From IMG/VR virus record IMGVR_UViG_3300050821_008494: 64,000 nt of DNA. One strand, given 5' to 3'. This document shows, piece after piece, positions 8,889 through 17,888 of this stretch (positions are counted from its first letter, which is position 1; each line of letters opens with the position of its first letter). Both the position numbers and the translations under genes were made by a program. The stretch comes from a virus. Lineage: Duplodnaviria; Heunggongvirae; Uroviricota; Caudoviricetes. Under the pieces are notes generated by a model, which was given only the letters and a program-made list of their open reading frames with translations, searched no databases and was not told where the DNA came from.

Positions 8889-9045
8889 GGCTAGTCCTTC
8901 CTACAGTCTCCCTTGGAGCCTGCTCGTGCTCCTACTGTATCTCCTTCTTCTCCATCAGGGACATGAACCTCCTAGACAAGCACCAATACCAAGGCCATCT
9001 CGTAGGATGTCACGGACTTCACTTCGCAACCAAGGAAGACCTCCG

Positions 9046-9609
9046 ATGATACGCAAGCTCGAAGTCCTAACAGACGGCTCGGAGACGAACCGCTCCGGAA
9101 AGAGAATCCATGTCTACGCCTTCGTAATCAACAGCTTCGAAACCATCAGCTTCGATGGCGGCACTGAGATGTATCGAGAGTCCGGAGCAGAAATTGAGCC
9201 ACGTATGGGCTACGAGAAGCGCTACGCAGAATGGCTTGCCTTCTCCAAGGCAGTTGACTACATTGCCAAGTTCCTCGACGAAAACAGAACACCGAACCTC
9301 AAAGTAGAGTTCTACTCAGACTACACACCCCTCGTAAGATTCCTCAGAGGAACACAGGCGATAAAGAGGGCAAGAGCCCAATATATCGCCAATATGATGC
9401 AGCGCCCTCAATCCATACTCAAGAGATTTGGCGACGTCTCCTTCTTCCATGTGGAGCGGAACCGCATCAGAGAGGCAGACCTTCTGGCTCGAAGAGAGCG
9501 CAAGTTCCAAGAGCAGATAGCAAGTAGTAACAGCAATGTTCCCTACGTGCTTCTGTATGCTCAGGAACCGGACGGAATCAAAGTCATTCGAAAGGAGTCT
9601 AGACTTTGA
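9046..9609 (+). CDS. ribonuclease H (RNase HI-like)
   Basis: catalytic DEDD pattern: LTDGS ... E ... SDY ... FHVERN..EADLLAR, collinear with E. coli RNase HI; alternative ATG at 9007. Confidence 0.6.
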   Translation: MIRKLEVLTDGSETNRSGKRIHVYAFVINSFETISFDGGTEMYRESGAEIEPRMGYEKRYAEWLAFSKAVDYIAKFLDENRTPNLKVEFYSDYTPLVRFLRGTQAIKRARAQYIANMMQRPQSILKRFGDVSFFHVERNRIREADLLARRERKFQEQIASSNSNVPYVLLYAQEPDGIKVIRKESRL

Positions 9610-9943
9610 GCAGCCTCTACGCCTACACAGCAGGCTGGTGCACTCACTCGTGTAGCCATCACAGCGAGCTTGTCTGTAGAGCGGATAAATGCACAGCCAT
9701 AGGAATAGCAAATCCTCCTCCTGTTCTACCAAGAGGACCTCATACTCACATTCAGCAGCCTTCCTACAGAAGGAGTCGTAACCGTCATCGGGGTGTTAAA
9801 GTCCCGGAGGACGACATGGACTCAAGAGCCTCTCCTCAAGAGAATCCTGTCAACAGAGACCCGTAAATACTCGCGCCGCTTTCTCTCCCTCCAGAGAGCG
9901 ACAGAAACGTGCGTCAGAGTCGAACCCCGCAGAGGTATGGGAC

Positions 9944-12900
9944 ATGAGTCTGAACGCACTTTCTCCAACGTCGGTCGGAAGAAATTCTCCCGCATTCTCC
10001 CCGACTTCAGTATTCAACGCACCAACCGCTGTTGGCTATGTCCCGGCTCCCGTAAACCCTAACCCATCTCTCAAAGTTGACACCTCTCCCTCTGCTCATC
10101 TTAATCCTGCGAAAGTCTCGGCAGCTACCTCGAATGCCGCAGCTCTCAATCAGACTCTTGCTGCCAACGCCTCTCAAAAGTTTCTGACAATCACGATGCC
10201 AGACGGCTCAACCGTCTACGCCGAATACGGAAGAGTCGTGCCCCAAGCTCGCTTCCAGAACGACATGGCAGCGGCAGGCCTCAGTGCTACTCTTCAGCAG
10301 AACAAGAGTTCCCCGTTTGCTCAGATTCAAACTCCAAACGGAATAGTCTACGCGGAGAACGGAGTTGTCGTCTCCGCAGAGCAGTTTACCAGAGACCTCG
10401 CGGCATCTGGCATAGCTCAGACCTTGAAGCAGAACGCTAGTCAATCCTTCGTCCAGATTCAGACCGACTCAGGAATCATCTACGCCGAGAAGGGAGTCCA
10501 AGTCTCTGCTGCCAAGTTCCAGCAGGACCTCCAGAATGCGCAAGCTCCCAATCCGAAGACTCTAAACTTGTTCAGCAAGCTCTCTCTCAATCAACAGGCT
10601 AACTCCCTCTCTACTCTCTCCGAGCTTATAGCAAACCTGAAGGCAGAACTGGGTTCTTCGCCTTCATCTGACCGTGTGAATGCCTACAACCAAGCCGTCA
10701 ACACCTACAACCAAGAGACCTCAATCTACAACGCTGGAGCGAACAAGGCTAACGCGGCCTCCCAAGCTCAGGCAAGCGCAATCCTCTCACTCTCCGGGCA
10801 AACTCTAAGTGCCCTGACTCTTTCTCAGTATCTGAACAACGAGGGAGTCAACCAGCCTACGATAACAGTCAACGGGAAGTCTATGACTCTAAGTCAATAC
10901 GCTCAGCAGAACCCTTCTCAGAAGTTTGCTGTGACTGCTACCAAGAGCGCAGACGGCACAGTGAACTTCTCTCTCAAGAGCACAACGGCTCCAGCAGCGT
11001 CCGCTCCAAAGTCATCTCCGGTTGAGAGCGCGTCAGCTACTGCTTACAACGACATCACTGCAGGATTCACTGACCTCTTTAGAGCCGGAGTCTCAACCGG
11101 CATAGCCACAAGACAGGCCGCAGCCAAAGTGGGAATAGGCAAGGCCCCGCCGAAGGGCACTCAGCCCTCAGACCTCAGCCTCCTCGGATTCTCCGAGGCA
11201 GAGACAGAGCAGTTTGCAGGGAGCACGGCAGGCTACCTATTCCCCGGCGCTGCGGTCTTGAAGGGCATCGGAAGCCCCGGCGAAGGAACAGGAGCCAGAC
11301 TCTTCGACATAGGCGTTGGTGTCCTTCCATTCCTTCCTCTCGGAGACGTAGCAGGCGTAGCCGCAAAAGCAGGAGGTAAGGCAGCAACCGTGGCGAAGTT
11401 CGGAACATCGTTTGCCGGCAGGACCCTAATCGGTTCTGGATTCGGAGCAGTAGGAGGCCTAGCATACGGTGAAGACCCTCTCCAAATCGGAGAGAGCGCC
11501 CTTCTTGGTGGACTCTTCGGAGGACCCGGAGGCAGCATCGCAAGCCGTGTCAGTGGTAGGCTCGGAGAATCGCTGAGTGGCGCAACATCAAGCATCTCTC
11601 AGAAGCTCAAGGTTTCAGACGTCGGTGTAGCAGTAGCCAAGGCCAAAGTTGCTCTGAGCAGGCCACAGAACCCCGGTTCTAACTTCATGGCAAGCATAGA
11701 CCAACTCTTTGGGAGAGAGCCCGGTCTTGCCGAGGAAGAGTCCATAGACTACTACGCCGTAGGCAGTCGGACAAGCACCACTGCCAGAGGAGCGCCCATA
11801 CGCAGTGGCCTTACTCAGGACATAGTCCGAGAGTCCTCAGACGCTATCGGTGGTTTGGCGGGTCTTTCATCTCGGCGTAGCTTCATTGAGAACTACCTCA
11901 GCGAAGGCATACCAAGCCAATACGAGGAGTCTGCCCAAGTCCAAATAGAAAGCTCTCGCTCCGTTGCCAAGGGAGGCCCCCCAACTTCAAAACTCGCAGA
12001 TGAATTCCGTTTCGTCAAGGGTCTCGAAGAGGGCTCAGGAGGCCCCGAGCTGATGCTCAGAACAAAATCAGACCGTGCACTCTATGAGGACCAGCTCAAT
12101 TTTGGACGCCTAGACGACTACTTCGGTGTCAAGTCTTCGGAAGAGGGAGTTGGTGAGTCTACCGCTTCCAAGAGTCAGAAGGTTGGGGATGTAGCATCTC
12201 TTCAGAGAGGTGCCCAAGAACTTAACGACATCGACTCACTGTTTTCGCAGGAGCAGGAATCTGCCAAGGTTGCCAAGGCCGCGAGGGTAGCAAAGGCTAC
12301 TGACGACACTTCTGGTCAGACTGAAGTGGCTTCCAAGAGCGGACAATCTTCAATGCAAGTTGCTCGTGAAGAGGAGACTTCCACTCTCATGAGCATAGAT
12401 GACATGGTGGCTGAATCTCGTCCTGCGACTACAGGACGCAGTAGACCGAGGATTGACTACGACTACCTCTCATACACACCTTCTCCTCCCGGTTACGAAG
12501 GACCTTCGATTGGAGAGCGTTCCTACGACCCAACCCAATCATATCTCTCCGGACTCCGCAACGAGGTCCGCGCACCATCAGACCAAGGCACATCCTCCTT
12601 CCTGAACTCCTACCTCGGACTTGGCGGTCGTTCGTCACTAGGACTAGGTTCAGGCCTCGGTCTCGGAACAATCCAGCCTCTCGGACTTAGAGCACCGTCC
12701 GTCCTCGGGCTCGGTCTCTCAGAGACCTCAATCCTCGGCCTCGGTCAAGCTACCCAGATGCAGCAGCTCCTCGGAGTCCAGAGCGTCCAAGCTACCGTTC
12801 AAGCTACACAACAGGTTCAGACAACGGAGACTACTACTCGCACAATCCTCGAAGAGATTGGCGACTATACTCTGGCAGACGAGTTGACAACCAACGAGGA

Positions 12901-13111
12901 CTTTTCATTCCTCCCTCCACTTCAAAGTGATGTCCCAGAGCAGCCGAGGCGAAGCAGGAAGCGGACCGTCTACAAGCCTACCAAAGTCAGGAACCGTATT
13001 GCCCTGAACATAGCAGGCAGCTTCGGCGACGTCGCAGAGGACCTCTTGGGCGACATGTCGTCCGGCCTCATGGACTTCGGCGCAGAAGGAATACTCGGAG
13101 GCCTCTTCTGA
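9944..13111 (+). CDS. large (1055 aa) virion-associated or structural protein
   Basis: three tandem ~57-aa repeats at N-terminus (about nt 10170-10540), Gly-rich hydrophobic core and C-terminal LGLG repeats; no signal peptide. Confidence 0.55.
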   Translation: MSLNALSPTSVGRNSPAFSPTSVFNAPTAVGYVPAPVNPNPSLKVDTSPSAHLNPAKVSAATSNAAALNQTLAANASQKFLTITMPDGSTVYAEYGRVVPQARFQNDMAAAGLSATLQQNKSSPFAQIQTPNGIVYAENGVVVSAEQFTRDLAASGIAQTLKQNASQSFVQIQTDSGIIYAEKGVQVSAAKFQQDLQNAQAPNPKTLNLFSKLSLNQQANSLSTLSELIANLKAELGSSPSSDRVNAYNQAVNTYNQETSIYNAGANKANAASQAQASAILSLSGQTLSALTLSQYLNNEGVNQPTITVNGKSMTLSQYAQQNPSQKFAVTATKSADGTVNFSLKSTTAPAASAPKSSPVESASATAYNDITAGFTDLFRAGVSTGIATRQAAAKVGIGKAPPKGTQPSDLSLLGFSEAETEQFAGSTAGYLFPGAAVLKGIGSPGEGTGARLFDIGVGVLPFLPLGDVAGVAAKAGGKAATVAKFGTSFAGRTLIGSGFGAVGGLAYGEDPLQIGESALLGGLFGGPGGSIASRVSGRLGESLSGATSSISQKLKVSDVGVAVAKAKVALSRPQNPGSNFMASIDQLFGREPGLAEEESIDYYAVGSRTSTTARGAPIRSGLTQDIVRESSDAIGGLAGLSSRRSFIENYLSEGIPSQYEESAQVQIESSRSVAKGGPPTSKLADEFRFVKGLEEGSGGPELMLRTKSDRALYEDQLNFGRLDDYFGVKSSEEGVGESTASKSQKVGDVASLQRGAQELNDIDSLFSQEQESAKVAKAARVAKATDDTSGQTEVASKSGQSSMQVAREEETSTLMSIDDMVAESRPATTGRSRPRIDYDYLSYTPSPPGYEGPSIGERSYDPTQSYLSGLRNEVRAPSDQGTSSFLNSYLGLGGRSSLGLGSGLGLGTIQPLGLRAPSVLGLGLSETSILGLGQATQMQQLLGVQSVQATVQATQQVQTTETTTRTILEEIGDYTLADELTTNEDFSFLPPLQSDVPEQPRRSRKRTVYKPTKVRNRIALNIAGSFGDVAEDLLGDMSSGLMDFGAEGILGGLF

Positions 13112-13262
13112 TGCAAGAACGCTGTGGCCACTGCGGTCATCCTCCTCATGCAGGTGTCTGCTTGAAGAGAGGACTTAGGTCAGGGCACGATTGTGGCTGC
13201 ACGAACTACGAGTCCAACGTCCAGATGCTCGGAGAATCTTGGGTCAAGGAGGCAGGAGTCTA
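13110..13262 (+). CDS. small Cys/His zinc-binding protein
   Basis: TGATG overlap; ends ...WVKEAGV (embedded SD). Confidence 0.35.
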
Positions 13263-13263
13263 G

Positions 13264-13425
13264 ATGCCAAAGAAGTTCAAGGTCTACTACCGGCCACCGA
13301 AGGTCAGGACTGCAATCTATCAAGGAATCTTCGAGGACGAGACAGAAGAAGGGGCACGCAGGAAGGCCATAGCGAATTATCCAGCTATGGTATTCGAATT
13401 CACGGGGGCCTTGGAAATTGGCTAA
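13264..13425 (+). CDS. small hypothetical protein
   Basis: ATG 8 nt after GGAGGCAGGAG. Confidence 0.35.
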   Translation: MPKKFKVYYRPPKVRTAIYQGIFEDETEEGARRKAIANYPAMVFEFTGALEIG

Positions 13426-13732
13426 CCAGCCAGCCTACATCTGGGCAATAGTCTTCTCATCCATCGGCCTCTTCCTCACATGGTTCGGCTACAAGCTCCT
13501 CGTCCCGGTCTTCAACATGACTGTCGGCTCCGTCGCTCCGGGCTACCCCGCGATGGTAAACAACAACCCGACCTACGTCAATGGATTCAATACAATCGTC
13601 TCCGAGGTCAACATACTCTTCCAATACTCCTTTGCCGTGATAGGCCTCGGCATCGTCGCCGTCTTCGTAGTCATCTTCGCATACCGCACTGTCTTCGGCT
13701 CCACAGCTGCATCCTACGAGGAGGCCTACTAA
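13418..13732 (+). CDS. membrane protein (2 TM)
   Basis: TTG start overlapping upstream stop; ORF track. Confidence 0.45.
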   Translation: MANQPAYIWAIVFSSIGLFLTWFGYKLLVPVFNMTVGSVAPGYPAMVNNNPTYVNGFNTIVSEVNILFQYSFAVIGLGIVAVFVVIFAYRTVFGSTAASYEEAY

Positions 13733-14043
13733 TGAACACCCGCAAACTCCTCAACCGATTCTTCGGCAAGAAGCGCCATGCAGTCGGAGGGTGGGTCATC
13801 GCCGTAGTCTTTCTGGGTTTGATAGTCTTCGCCTTCATAATGACTCCAATCAACTTCCTCCAGAACTCAATAAACACATGGACATCAGTTCAGCCCGGCT
13901 TCACGGCATCATACGACCCAAGCACTAACACTTTCATGGACTTGCTACTTTCTGCAGGTCTTGCAATCATGGTAGCCTTCGGAGCCATCATAGAGATAGT
14001 CAATGTGACTCAGAAGAGGACGAGTGGGGAGGAGGTCATCTGA
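13732..14043 (+). CDS. membrane protein (2 TM)
   Basis: TAATG junction; hydrophobic segments. Confidence 0.45.
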   Translation: MNTRKLLNRFFGKKRHAVGGWVIAVVFLGLIVFAFIMTPINFLQNSINTWTSVQPGFTASYDPSTNTFMDLLLSAGLAIMVAFGAIIEIVNVTQKRTSGEEVI

Positions 14044-14044
14044 C

Positions 14045-14233
14045 ATGGGGCACGCTAATAAGACGGAGTCTTGTCAGATTTGCGGGGCAGTGATAGGTCC
14101 GTTCCATGTCTACTCGACAGGAACCAAGATGATGGCAAAGCATCTCAAGACTCATGGAGTAGCAGCGGAGCCTTACATCGCTCAATACTCCGACGACACC
14201 ATCAGGTGGCTGAAAGAGGCCGGGGTGCTCTAG
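14045..14233 (+). CDS. small zinc-binding protein (CQICG...H..H)
   Basis: ends ...WLKEAGVL (embedded SD). Confidence 0.4.
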   Translation: MGHANKTESCQICGAVIGPFHVYSTGTKMMAKHLKTHGVAAEPYIAQYSDDTIRWLKEAGVL

Positions 14234-14234
14234 A

Positions 14235-16115
14235 ATGCAAGTTCAGAAACGGAGGCGTAGACCCCTACCCCTTTTGGGCTCATTAGTCGTCCTCATGCTC
14301 TACGCCCTCTCAGCAATCCCTTCGGTCTTCGCGGACTTCCCAGATGGGTTCGACACCTACCAGACCAACGTCCAGAATCCGGGGCCTTGGACTTTCCTTC
14401 CCGATTCTTCGAACTGCTGGACAGGAGGAGTCCTGACCGGCCAGCAGAACTCAGTAGTTCCTCAGAGCCCTCCGAATATGTATGGAATCGGTTTCGTGGC
14501 AGGCTGTGGAGGAACATTTCATAACTCCTTCTTTACGGTAGGAGCTAACGTCACCAGCAACACGTTGAACTTCACTTTCTACGCTAACGTAGACTCTCAG
14601 CCTTCGACCGCATCCTCAGACGGGATACAGCTCGTGATGTGCGGGACCACAGAGCAGCTCTTCGTCAACGGGACTTCATCAGGTAATCCCTTCATACTCA
14701 TATCTTCGATACGTCACTGGACTAAGGTCTCCGCGACCCAATTCTTTGCGGTCGGGCAGGTATGCACAGGAGGCATCCAAATCGAAGTCACCGCAGTAGT
14801 CGGGGATTCCGGAGGCTTCAGAGTTGACGTTGACACTACCAACATGATAGGAGCCAACGCGATAAGCGCAGGCGTCAACTTCTTCCTCATGAACTACCCT
14901 TCCCAAACGTGGTTCCCAATCAGCAGCTTCTCCGGGTCGAGCGTCCGCGTGAACTACAACCAAGCCGTGACCTGTCCGAACAATATGGTTCAGGCTTCTC
15001 CTACAGTCTGCATCACCAAGTCCCCTCTCACAATACCAGACCTGAACCTTCCTCTTACTCACGCAACTCTCGTCACGGTAAACATAGGAGGCTCAGTCCC
15101 ATACACTCGCACAATCATTCCTCAGCCGAACCTTCTCAATCCGACAACTCCTTCTAGTCAAGTCATGTATCTCGACGTTCCGGCAGCTTGTCCCTCAATC
15201 TGTTCATACACGCTCACAGTCAACGACTTCACGAACTTCTTTCCAGCCGGCACATCCGGAGCTTTCATACAGCAGGGAGGGTTTACGATAACTTCTGCCC
15301 TACTAGACTCCCAATCCGCACTCGCGATGACGATGCAGCCCGGACTTTACAATCTGACTCTCATAAGCGCTAACGGACTCCACACTAGCAGCCAACCTCT
15401 CAGTCTCTCTGCGACAGACGCATCTCCCAGCATACTCATACAGAATGGTTCATCTCCTCTCGTCATAGGACCGTTCCAGCAGTTCTCGTATGTGGCCTTC
15501 TGGGATTGTGACACAGGAGGCATAACATCTCTAGTAGGGGACTCTCTCGGGACTATGACTCAGGAGACCTTCAACCTCTACCGCTACAACACTACATTCA
15601 TGGGAGGCCAGCTCATAGGGACCAACACCCAGACAGTCACAGGAGGACCCGGATTCACAGTCAACTACGACTTCCGCAATCTGACGCTTGGAACGAAGAA
15701 CCTGAACTTCAACACACCGAACGAGTATCAAGTCTCATACGTCCTATCAACTCCTCAAGGTCCTCAGAACTTCGGGCGTTACCCAATAGGAGTGAACTCT
15801 CACTGCTCTAGGCAGCCTCCATACGTCGGCTCTGCGAGCGGGTTCAACTTGCCTCCGTCAGTTCTCGGACTTAGCCAGCTATTCGCTGTGAAGAACGCAT
15901 ACGAGCTTCTTCTCTCTCTGATAGTCGAAGTCCTCACAGTAGGAATCGTAGCAGCTCGCTTCGGACACATGTCGATGCTCCTCCTCGGAGGCGAAGTCGG
16001 AATCTTCGCCCTAATGGGATGGGAGCCTCTAGCGGCAGCGCCTTTGTGTCCCGTATTCTTCTTCATGGGCTCCATAGGAACCCTAGCCAACCGTAGCAGG
16101 AGGCCTATCACGTAA
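14235..16115 (+). CDS. secreted surface or virion protein with C-terminal TM anchor (626 aa)
   Basis: N-terminal signal peptide (RRRRPLPLLGSLVVLMLYALSAIPSVFA), Ser/Thr/Asn-rich, hydrophobic C-terminus. Confidence 0.55.
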   Translation: MQVQKRRRRPLPLLGSLVVLMLYALSAIPSVFADFPDGFDTYQTNVQNPGPWTFLPDSSNCWTGGVLTGQQNSVVPQSPPNMYGIGFVAGCGGTFHNSFFTVGANVTSNTLNFTFYANVDSQPSTASSDGIQLVMCGTTEQLFVNGTSSGNPFILISSIRHWTKVSATQFFAVGQVCTGGIQIEVTAVVGDSGGFRVDVDTTNMIGANAISAGVNFFLMNYPSQTWFPISSFSGSSVRVNYNQAVTCPNNMVQASPTVCITKSPLTIPDLNLPLTHATLVTVNIGGSVPYTRTIIPQPNLLNPTTPSSQVMYLDVPAACPSICSYTLTVNDFTNFFPAGTSGAFIQQGGFTITSALLDSQSALAMTMQPGLYNLTLISANGLHTSSQPLSLSATDASPSILIQNGSSPLVIGPFQQFSYVAFWDCDTGGITSLVGDSLGTMTQETFNLYRYNTTFMGGQLIGTNTQTVTGGPGFTVNYDFRNLTLGTKNLNFNTPNEYQVSYVLSTPQGPQNFGRYPIGVNSHCSRQPPYVGSASGFNLPPSVLGLSQLFAVKNAYELLLSLIVEVLTVGIVAARFGHMSMLLLGGEVGIFALMGWEPLAAAPLCPVFFFMGSIGTLANRSRRPIT

Positions 16116-16528
16116 TGAACATGGCAGGAATCGTGGTATGGTGCATCCTCATGGGAGCTTGCGTCACGTTCGTCAACGGGCTCGGACTGTTTGCCGCTAC
16201 CCTCTCACAGCCGGGAGCCCCATCCGTGACTTCGGCACTCCAGAACACAAGCTGTAAGATTAGCGCCTCCGGCCTCCCCTACAACTGCACAGGCAACACA
16301 AACTCTCCCGGAGGCTCTCCGACTACAGTCCAGACCTTCGGCAACTTCATCTGGTCGTTTGTTCAGGCTCTTCCTACAATCGCTCAAGGGGCACTTACAC
16401 CGGGCTCAATCGCCAACTCATGGTTCGGAGGAATCGGAGCAGTGGTCAACGTAGTGATGCTAATCCTTCTCTCTCTTTGGGGTTGGTCGGTAGTCGGCAA
16501 CAGAGACCCGCAGTTCAAGCCAGAGTGA
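16115..16528 (+). CDS. secreted or membrane protein (137 aa)
   Basis: ATGA overlap; signal peptide and C-terminal TM. Confidence 0.5.
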   Translation: MNMAGIVVWCILMGACVTFVNGLGLFAATLSQPGAPSVTSALQNTSCKISASGLPYNCTGNTNSPGGSPTTVQTFGNFIWSFVQALPTIAQGALTPGSIANSWFGGIGAVVNVVMLILLSLWGWSVVGNRDPQFKPE

Positions 16529-16535
16529 CAACAAT

Positions 16536-17885
16536 ATGGAACACATTAAACCCAAGACTTCCGTCGCGAGAGGCCAGAGAAAGGTCTTGCCAAGATTCGC
16601 GAGCCGTCGAGGCACATCACGCCGCACGGCTTCGGGCTTGGTCCTCGTCAGCTGCATGTTCGCCCTAGTCTTCGTTGCATACGGCATATACCCGGCCTAC
16701 ATTCAGGGTCAGCAGAATCTTCAGGCTTCTCAAACCATTTCTCAGCAGTTCGGAAGCGACCTCCAAAGAGCCCTCAAGCCAGTTCTCATCATAAGCGTCT
16801 ACAAGTCTTCTACAGACCACACACTCATTCACAAATACGTTGACAAGAACGACCTCATACTGGCTCCAGTTCTCTCATTCTTCGAGGCTTGGTTTGGAGC
16901 AAACAGCTTGGGGGGTGCCGTTCAGATTACTGCCACAGACACAGGTGGGGGCTCTAGGACATTCGACCTCACTGACACTTCTAGTCTTTGCACCTCAAGC
17001 GCTCAAACTGTAATCTGTAACACTACCCTCGGGCTTACTGGGTCTACAATCCAGCTTGGAACGGGAGTCTGCGTTCCCGCTCGGACTGACACAGCTCTAT
17101 GCTCTCCATTCCAAGTAGCTGTAGGGACGGGTCAAGCGGGTTACAGCACTACGACAGGTAACGTAACCATGTCATCTACCATCGTGTCGTCTAGCACGGC
17201 AACCATATCGGAAACCGGCATGATTATGAATTGGGGAGACTCCGGAGGAAGCCTTCGAAACGTTCTATTTTTCCACGACTCATTCTCCGGATTCGGAGTC
17301 GTCAACGGGAACGTGATAGTCATTCAATACGTCCTAGAGCTAAACAACACAGGATTTACCAACGCCTTTGGAGAGGCTTTGGCGCTGATTTTCTCGTCTG
17401 TTACTACAAGTCAGAGAGAGACGAATCCATATCCTAACGTTCTCGATACAGGAGGGAACAGCGAGGCTCTTCCAATCCAATACGCTGAGACCGCAGTGAC
17501 ATTTCTTGTCCAGCCTTCATCTGTAGACACTCCAATAATTCAAATTGGTATAGGGTCGGCTGCGGTAGCTCGAAGTCAGAACTCTCTCGCTACGAGCACC
17601 TGCTCTACCAACAAGATTCAAGAACCCATCACTACTCTCGCGACCTCCACCCTAATACTTCAGGCTGGCGTATCGTGCCCATCTCCACAGACGATAAGAG
17701 AGGCAGACCTCATCCAGTATATGCCTGCCCTTAGCGGCACAGTTTACTTCATGGTATGGAGAGCTACATTCACAGGAGTTCCTGTAGGAGCAGGAGCTAC
17801 AATTGGAGTCTCTTGGAATCTAATCTTCAATACGATACTCCCTTCCATCTTCTGCATTCCGACAGTTGCAAGGAGCTGTGGATAG
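16536..17885 (+). CDS. secreted surface or virion protein (449 aa)
   Basis: N-terminal signal anchor; Thr/Ser/Gly-rich. Confidence 0.55.
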   Translation: MEHIKPKTSVARGQRKVLPRFASRRGTSRRTASGLVLVSCMFALVFVAYGIYPAYIQGQQNLQASQTISQQFGSDLQRALKPVLIISVYKSSTDHTLIHKYVDKNDLILAPVLSFFEAWFGANSLGGAVQITATDTGGGSRTFDLTDTSSLCTSSAQTVICNTTLGLTGSTIQLGTGVCVPARTDTALCSPFQVAVGTGQAGYSTTTGNVTMSSTIVSSSTATISETGMIMNWGDSGGSLRNVLFFHDSFSGFGVVNGNVIVIQYVLELNNTGFTNAFGEALALIFSSVTTSQRETNPYPNVLDTGGNSEALPIQYAETAVTFLVQPSSVDTPIIQIGIGSAAVARSQNSLATSTCSTNKIQEPITTLATSTLILQAGVSCPSPQTIREADLIQYMPALSGTVYFMVWRATFTGVPVGAGATIGVSWNLIFNTILPSIFCIPTVARSCG

Positions 17886-17888
17886 AGT

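Noticed and set aside
13240-14236. Conserved protein C-terminal motif W[VL]KEAG[VL]
   Set aside because: It is explained at the nucleotide level by an embedded AAGGAGG Shine-Dalgarno for the downstream overlapping gene, not by protein function.
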